A stretch of 64,000 nt of DNA. It comes from Eledone cirrhosa. Its lineage: Eukaryota. The stretch covers positions 15,500,001 through 15,564,000 of the forward strand of contig OZ024766.1 of the NCBI GenBank assembly GCA_964016885.1, read 5' to 3'. Numbering within the stretch: position 1 is the stretch's first letter; the number at the start of each line of letters is the position of its first letter. Under the pieces are notes generated by a model. That model did not search any database, was not told the DNA's origin, and saw only the letters and a program-made list of their open reading frames with translations. Of this stretch, positions 56,505 to 64,000 are shown in pieces. Position numbers and translations under genes: made by a program.

Positions 56505-58150
56505 GTGAGAGCAGTAAAAGCCATGTATGGAGGAGCAGTCAGTAAGTTTAAAAGTAATGATGGCTATAGTGAGGAGTTGAGTGAGCAAGTCTATCAGGAC
56601 TCTGTTATTATCCCTCTTCTGTTTATTTTCATCCTGCAGGCTATTACATAAGAGTTTAAGACTGGCTATCCATGGGAACTCCTGTATGCACATGATTGAA
56701 TTAGAGGAGAAATTCCAAACGTGGAAGCATGGCCTCGAATGAAAATGTCTTAAAGTTAACTTGGCAAAATAGAAAAGAAAATAGGGCCTAGATACCCCCA
56801 AGAAAATGGCTTTGCTCAATCTAAAGGAAAGGGGTAGGTAGAAATTCCAAACTATGGATAAACAAGAGATGTAGTTGGATCTCAGTGAGGTTAGCAAAAG
56901 AATGTAAGTTGTGTGTGTTCTTGACGCACAAAAGCAATAAGAAGCAAGAGCTCACAAAATAATAAGCTACTTTAGCATTTACATTACTCTATATATACTA
57001 TTGAATTTTTGTGGTAAAGGCTTTATCTTACATAATTATCTCACATAATATCGAATCTATGAGATTTTGATATTATTTATATTGAGAACAATACTTTAAT
57101 GTCAGTATGAGTGGCCAGTTATGGCCGGTTTGAACAGAAAGATGTGAGAGTATTCTGGCTAGGTATGGCTGGTTTAAATGCTAAAGGGTTAAATCTCCAG
57201 AAGGCTCTGTAGAAACCGGTTCATAATTTCTGTTAACTTAATTAACCAAATTAACAGTGGAGGTGGGTGTTCCGAAGGTACAGTAGCCTGAGTGAGAATG
57301 GGATGGAAACAGTTTAGGGAGCTACTACTACTGCTGCCTACAAAATGATTTCCCCTGAAAGTGAAAGGCAGATTGTATGAAGTCTGTGTAAGAACAGCAA
57401 TGTTACATTGAAGTGAGACGAGGGCAATATATTCAGAGGACCTATAAAGACTGGAAAGCAATGAAGTTTACATGATCTGATAGATGTGTAATAGTGTGCA
57501 TGAACAACAAGCATTAATAAACTGAGAGAGAAACTAGGTATAAGAGAGGTCAGATGCAGTGTAGAGGAGAGGAGATTGTGGTGGTTTGGACATGTGATGT
57601 ATATGGAAGGTGACAGCTGTATAACAAGGTGCAGGGTTGTCAAAGTCGATGTTAACTATGAAATAGGAAGACCTAGGAAAGCTTGGGATGAAATAATAAA
57701 AGCTCACCTTGCCCAATTAAACCTCTCAATGGAAATGTCACAGGATCGAGACCTCTGGCGCGTCATGCTGTTCTGTAGAAGACCCCCCCTTCCCATGTGC
57801 TGAAAATGAAATAATACAAACATGTAGAGAACTCACTAGTCTTCACCAATCTTCTCTTCACCCCTCCCCATTCATAAGACCCTGCCCTCACCTGCTAAAT
57901 ATCCCTCACACCTTGTTGATGCTACAACAATAAAAACACCCAGTTCATCCTGTAAGGTGGTCATACAAAAGTGTGCAGTCCACATTGTAACGTGATCCGT
58001 GTTAAGAAGGGCAGCCTGCCTTAGAAACCATACCAAAATACACCTCCATATGAGACCTGGTCTCTACACCTGACATGTCTCATAACGTGACAACCTATTG
58101 AACCCATGCATGTGTGATAAAAATGAACGTTAAATGATAATGTTGAAGAT
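56505..58150 (+). mobile_element. Old, fragmented RTE with 3' UTR
   Basis: Decayed RT (56505-56940) and C-terminus (57195-57810, WFGHVM..GRPRKAWDE). Confidence 0.75.
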
Positions 58151-58460
58151 GATGATGATGATATATATAAACAAACGTAGCGTAGTAAAGTACCAAGGGA
58201 GACAACTCCAACTTTGCTCAATTTAAATCCAATGTTAGTATGATTGAGCAGACCTATAATTAAAGTTGTTCCAGCCGTGACTATCATGTTTATATACATA
58301 TATATATATATATATATGAATAAAGTTAGTCCTTCATCAGTGATCTTCCAACCATCATTGGTATTTCATCGCTTTAAAGACCATATACCTCCGGTTGGTG
58401 CGATCAACGGCTAAAAAAAGTCGTTGGGACACGTAAATAAAGGGGACACGAGTGTAAACA

Positions 58461-58545
<85 letters not shown>

Positions 58546-58546
<1 letters not shown>

Positions 58547-58950
58547 TCAAATAATTGTTTCTACTTTTGGCACAAGGCCATCAAATACCCAGTGTCTTAC
58601 TGGTACTTTATTTTATCGACCCCGTAAGGATGAAAGGCAAAGTTGACCTCGGCGGGATTTGAACTCAGAATGGAAAGGGCCGTAACTCTATGCGTCAAAG
58701 CATGGCGTCCGACCCTCTACCGATACTGCCAATCCACATTTGAGTATATAATAGGGCGGTGGATTGGCAGTATTGGTAGAGGGTCGGACGCCATCCTTTG
58801 ACGCATAGAGTTACGGCCCTTGCCATTCTGAGTTCAAATCCTGCCGAGGTTAACTTTGCCTTTCATCCTTACAGGGTCGATAAAATAAAGTACCAGTAAT
58901 GTACTGGGTAATTGCTGGCCTTGTACCAAAAGTAGAAATAATTATTTGAG
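58546..58950. mobile_element. Head-to-head inverted pair of SINE B
   Basis: 58546-58737 (-) and 58755-58950 (+), separated by about 20 bp. Confidence 0.88.
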
Positions 58951-59075
58951 TATATAACACATCAAATATGTTTAGAATTTTGTGTTTCTCAATAAGGAAG
59001 CTCAATAGACTTTATCTAGAGCCATAACAACCATACACAAAGATATATGTATATACATAACAACCAAATACAAAG

Positions 59076-59169
<94 letters not shown>

Positions 59170-59220
59170 ACAACCAAATGCAAATATATATATATATTTA
59201 TATAATATATATATATATAC

Positions 59221-60102
59221 TCAATACATTAACAGAGAAAGCTTTAAGCTATACCCTGACTGGCTACCAACTCACTCAACAAACATTAGGATATACCTTA
59301 GTATAATCCCAATTTTACGTTTGGGGTGCTAACTATATGTATTTTGCGGAAAGCCAGTTGTATTATTTTATATGAGACATAATTAAAATATATCTCCTTT
59401 TCCAAACAATTGCTTCATTATAAGTTATCTACAAGTTGGGAGAATGTGTCCGGGTTATGTAGAAGCCTTCACACATTCGTAGGAATATATGCAGGTGGGC
59501 ACTTATAAATCATCAGTGGATGCCCTTCAAACATCGATATAAAAAAACTCTCTTACCGATGCTTAATCCCATGTCAGCGATGGTCTCTCTCCGTATCAGA
59601 ATGACCGCCAAATTTGAAATTCCAGCAGTCTCAGAATGAGGAATCTCACAGCGCCATGAAGCGGAAAGGGGAGGTCATCGCGAAACACAAGAAAGTAAAA
59701 TAATTTACACGCGGGTCAATTAATTTTTTCAACAATTTTAATCCTGCGTGTGAAGAACTCAATTAGATTTTAAAAAAAATAAATGTATGCATGTATTATT
59801 TATACACGCATATAGGTATTTTCTTAGGCTAATAACAGAGATATGATACCAGAATAACGATCAATATTTCATAGTAATAATAAATACGGAAAGTTACGCT
59901 TAAAAGGTATCTGGAAATATTCATCTCAGGCCATAATATTCAATACATTAACAGAGAAAGCTTTAAGCTATACTCTGACTGGCTACCAACTATCTCAACA
60001 AACATTAGTTTATACCTTAGTATAATTCCAATTTTACGTTTCGGTGCTAACTATATGTATTTTGCGGAAAGCCAGTTGTATTATTTTATATGAGACATAA
60101 TT

Positions 60103-60110
<8 letters not shown>
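59221..60110. repeat. 170-bp direct repeats flanking about 550 bp of unique DNA
   Basis: 59221-59392 is similar to 59940-60110. Confidence 0.85.
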
Positions 60111-60183
<73 letters not shown>

Positions 60184-60215
60184 TAAGATCAAAAGATGGT
60201 TAAAAGAGTACCATG

Positions 60216-60286
60216 TATTTTATTATGCGCATTTCAAAAACAAATATCATCATGCGATAACATTTGTGTTTTCGTCAGATAAAATA
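60216..60286 (-). ncRNA. Type I hammerhead motif
   Basis: TATTTTAT-CTGACGA-16-bp stem II-GAAA-TGCGCA-TA-ATAAAATA. Confidence 0.75.
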
Positions 60287-60356
60287 GGGAGACATGATAT
60301 GAAGGTTAAAAAACACTTGTGAATAGTGCAGTTTTAAATCAACATATCATGTCTCC

Positions 60357-60429
60357 CTATTTTATCTGATGAAAACGCAAATGTTATCGCATGTTGATGT
60401 TTGTTTTTGAAATGCGCATAATAAAATAG
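60357..60429 (+). ncRNA. Type I hammerhead motif
   Basis: CTATTTTAT-CTGATGA-stem II-GAAA-TGCGCA-TA-ATAAAATAG; 9-bp stem I. Confidence 0.75.
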
Positions 60430-60551
60430 ATGGAACTCTTTTAACCATTGTTTGATCTTATATATTATTTATACTCCAGTCCTACAAACTGTAGAGTGCT
60501 ACTTATCCGATATCTGCATTGCTTTATTGTACTACAATAAAACTCACCTCC

Positions 60552-60597
<46 letters not shown>

Positions 60598-60635
60598 ATA
60601 TAGTATATATATATATATATAGAGAGAGAGAGAAG

Positions 60636-60694
<59 letters not shown>

Positions 60695-60784
60695 ACAACC
60701 AAATACAAAGATATATATATATATATGTATATAATATATAAAAATTAGAATTGGTGCTCTGAAATAGCTATATATATATGAATC

Positions 60785-61028
60785 TATATATAGTGTATTT
60801 TGCAATACACTGTATGCTTAATTAAAAGCATTTCGAAGACCTTATGCTATTGTTTTAGAGTAGTGACAGACTCACTTTAATTTCAGCAAACAAGGCCTTG
60901 TCAGCTTTATCTCCCCCTGTTTGCTGAAATTAAAGTAAGTGAGTCTGTCACTACTCTAAAACAATAGCATAAGGACTTCGAAATGTTTTTAATTAAGCAT
61001 ACAGTGTATTGCAAAATACACTATATAT
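60785..61028. repeat. Fold-back with arms of about 108 bp
   Basis: 60785-60892 is the reverse complement of 60918-61028 with a 4-bp indel. Confidence 0.88.
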
Positions 61029-61136
61029 ACATTTGTATATATATATAAATATATATATAGAGAGAGAGACATAACAACCAAATACAAAGATATATATATA
61101 TAATAGAAGAGAGAGAGACATAACAACCAAATACAG

Positions 61137-61209
<73 letters not shown>

Positions 61210-61415
61210 GAGAGAGACATAACAACCAAATACAAAGATATATATATAGAGAGAGAGAGAAAGATCCATATATCATATATCTTACACGATATTTGGCTCT
61301 TTCTCTCTCTATATATATAACCAAGTGAAAAGATATATGTATATAGCTTTCCACTTGGTTATATATATATTATAAGAACAGATTAAAGTTTAAGCAACGA
61401 ATCACTGCTTTCACC

Positions 61416-61745
61416 TCTGGAGAGGTTGTGGGGAGTATGTGTGTGTTTTTGTAGGATGTTAGTCATGGTAAGTTTTAACTGTGAGAGTTTATTCTTGAGA
61501 TCCTACAAAAACACACCCATACTCACCACAAGCTCTCCAGACCACAACTCACTACCCTAAGTTAACCTCAGATCTAAGAACCTTGTATACCTCTTATCGG
61601 ACAAGGGAAAATAGTTTTGTTTTATTACCAGAGAGGCCTACAACAACCGAGCCCACCAACATCTCAACTACGACAGTCTCTACTCGGACGTCACTGGAAT
61701 TACACCCACACTGATAGAGAACCAGATCAACACTGCCTCGACCAA
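61416..61745 (+). mobile_element. Penelope-like RT N-terminal remnant preceded by a 42-bp inverted repeat
   Basis: LRSKNLVYLLSDKG..ITREAYNNRAHQHLNYDSLY..TPTLIENQIN (DKG motif); IR 61416-61457 / 61500-61541. Confidence 0.6.
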
Positions 61746-62270
61746 CATCTCGAAGGCTCCTGAAGAGATTCTGGTAGAATTACATAACAAGAAACAGCAG
61801 ACTGCCCAACTTCTGCCATCTGATCATTTTACAGGACAGGAAAATATTATTTTAATCAGAAATCAGAAATAATTAGATTTACTAAATTTTTTTGACTTTA
61901 TTTGAAAACTAAAGTACGTATTATTTCATTTTCCATCATAACACAAACATTGTGAACTTTTCTATCTTAAGTGAAATATCTTGATTTATTACAACACTTA
62001 CACACATATTTCTACACACACACACACGTCTACATCTCTCTCTCTCTCATACGTACACACTGTATGTCTGTATATATATATGTGTATATATATTAACATT
62101 TGTCTTTTAAAATTATGGATATTAATTCTCTTGTCACCTGAACTGTCCTCAATAACAAGAACCTTAACTATAGAAGGCTTATTCGTTTGTTTTATGAGCT
62201 GAGGATGTTATTGTGAATAAAGTTTCTCTCACTTTAACAAAAATAATAGTGGAATACTCCACAATAATCA

Positions 62271-62312
<42 letters not shown>

Positions 62313-62315
<3 letters not shown>

Positions 62316-62515
62316 CACCCAGCACTCACTGTAAATGAGGTTGGTGTTAGGAAGGGCATCCAGCTGTAGAAATCAAGCCAGAATCAGTTCCCGTATGAGC
62401 AAGACAAGGTCAGCTGACCGGACACTGCCCATAACAGGACAACCCGTCTAACCTATGCTAGCGTGAAGGAATGGAGGTTAAAACAGTGATGATGATGATG
62501 ATGATGATGATGATA
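62313..62515 (+). mobile_element. SINE/RTE 3' tail fragment
   Basis: Matches 24420-24612. Confidence 0.75.
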
Positions 62516-62772
62516 TCATCATCATCATAATCATATATATAAGCACTTGCTTTTTCTTCATCCAAGATCAGTCTTACGCTGGCATATGTCTTATTACTTG
62601 TACCAACTAAATGCTACATTACAATTTTGTAGAAGAAGAAAGTGGAGTTCTGCAGTCTTTTATGGACCCTTTGTATATTAGACTAAATGGTAACTATTAA
62701 CCATATCTATATTTCTTAATGTATGAGTAGAAGTGGTGAGAATCCTGTATGTAAAGATAACTAGCTAGAAAT

Positions 62773-63050
62773 ATGTCTGAATATAGCTGTGAGATTTGTA
62801 GGAAAACTTTCTCTTCAAGACTGAATCTATACTCACGTGGGAAAATACACATGGGAGAAAAACACTTCCACTGTGAATTATGTGGGAAATCTTTCACTTA
62901 TAATTCTAAACATGTCATCCACATACGGAGTCACACTGGAGAAAAACCCTTCCGTTGTGAAATATGTGAGAAATCTTTCACATGAAATTTTTCGCTGCTT
63001 GTTCACAAATGTAGTCAACTCTCGTGATAAACCCCATCACTGTGAAATCT
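62773..63050 (+). pseudogene. Degenerate C2H2 zinc-finger remnant
   Basis: CEICRKTF..HMGEKHFHCELCGKSF..HIRSHTGEKPFRCEICEKSFT-stop; first finger lacks a His. Confidence 0.7.
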
Positions 63051-63115
63051 GAAACACACAAATATACAAACACACTCTGGAAAGAAGAAAATAAATATAT
63101 ATATGTGTGTCTGTC

Positions 63116-63184
<69 letters not shown>

Positions 63185-63844
63185 CAGCATCAACACCATT
63201 GTCTGCAGCAACAGCAGCAGTGAAATGAAGGACAACAACAACAGCAACAACGACAACAACTACAATAACAACTACAGCACCAACAACTGCCACCACCATC
63301 ACTGACCATCCACCACCACCACGCTGATACCATCCACCACCACCGCACTGGCACCATCCACCACCGCCATTACCAGCGTAAAGCAAACAATTATTATTGT
63401 TGTTATTATTATATACAAGTCGAACTGGACTGGGAAAGGTCAACAGTTGACATGATAGTGATTTTGACGATTTTGATTTTGATTTTGATTTTGTATCAGT
63501 ACTGTCGGTAATATATGTATATATATATGTGTTTGTGAGTGGTGTGTGTGATTGTATGCATGAATGAGTGTTGGTATGTGTGGTTGTGGTTTGTATGCAT
63601 GAGTATTGGTGTGTGAGTCGTGTCAATAAGTTTTTTTTTTTGTTTTTTTTTAATGACCATGCTGTAAAATGGAGGGGTAGAGAGGGCCCTTGAGTCTAGT
63701 AAGACATCCTCTCTAGTGCTGGTGGCACAAATAAAAGCACCCAGTCCATGCTGTAAAGTGGCGCTGGTGTTAGGAAGGGCATCCAACTAGTGTATCAATG
63801 CCAAAAAGCTTATCAGCACAGCAACAAAACAGCATAGAAAAATA

Positions 63845-64000
63845 TGAAGACGTCGCATCTCAGAGTTGCAACACTTAATGTTGGCACTCTCAGAGGTAGA
63901 TCTGCTGAAATAGCGGAGATGCTGGAGAGAAGGCAGGTGGATGTGTGCTGCGTGCAAGAGGTGAGATGGAGAGGTGCCTCTGCGAGACTAGTCGTAGGCA
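63845..64000 (+). mobile_element. Start of another RTE endonuclease domain (runs off the window)
   Basis: RVATLNVGTLRGRSAEIAEMLERRQVDVCCVQEVRWRGASARL. Confidence 0.85.

Larger units (their letters stand above)
60181..60464. mobile_element. Fold-back cassette with a hammerhead in each arm
   Basis: Near-continuous imperfect palindrome centred at about 60322. Confidence 0.85.

Noticed and set aside
58322-58345. Minus-strand CTGATGAAGGAC hammerhead start
   Set aside because: Truncated by (TA)n before GAAA; at most a remnant
61760-61800. CTGAAGA-GATTCT/AGAATT hairpin
   Set aside because: Not followed by GAAA
63015-63626. 203-aa minus-strand ORF
   Set aside because: Composed of microsatellites (CAA, CAC, TA, GT)

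Overview
AT-rich eukaryotic DNA, dense in repeats. The mix of tandem TGEKPY C2H2 arrays, RTE and CR1 LINEs, tRNA-derived SINEs and long (TA)n tracts suggests an octopod cephalopod; this is an inference. Host genes on the minus strand are an EGF/laminin-like exon (522-659) and two paralogous C2H2 zinc-finger exons. One is disrupted (8798-10653). The other has an 11-finger ORF followed by a UAG and 4 more in-frame fingers (26006-27706). Both belong to a segmentally duplicated module that includes a putative non-coding 5' exon. A third ZNF remnant lies on the plus strand. Mobile DNA includes an intact full-length RTE LINE (1056 aa, PHD-like finger inserted after the RT), degenerate RTE and CR1 LINEs, two SINE families, Helitron-like elements and MITEs. 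The most notable unannotated signal is ten type I hammerhead ribozyme motifs from six unrelated sequence families, all folded by hand. They sit in fold-back cassettes, a tandem retrozyme-like unit and Penelope-like (GIY-YIG) remnants; one is a textbook extended GUC hammerhead at 44363-44448. All coordinates were counted by eye, and no searches or folding programs were run.
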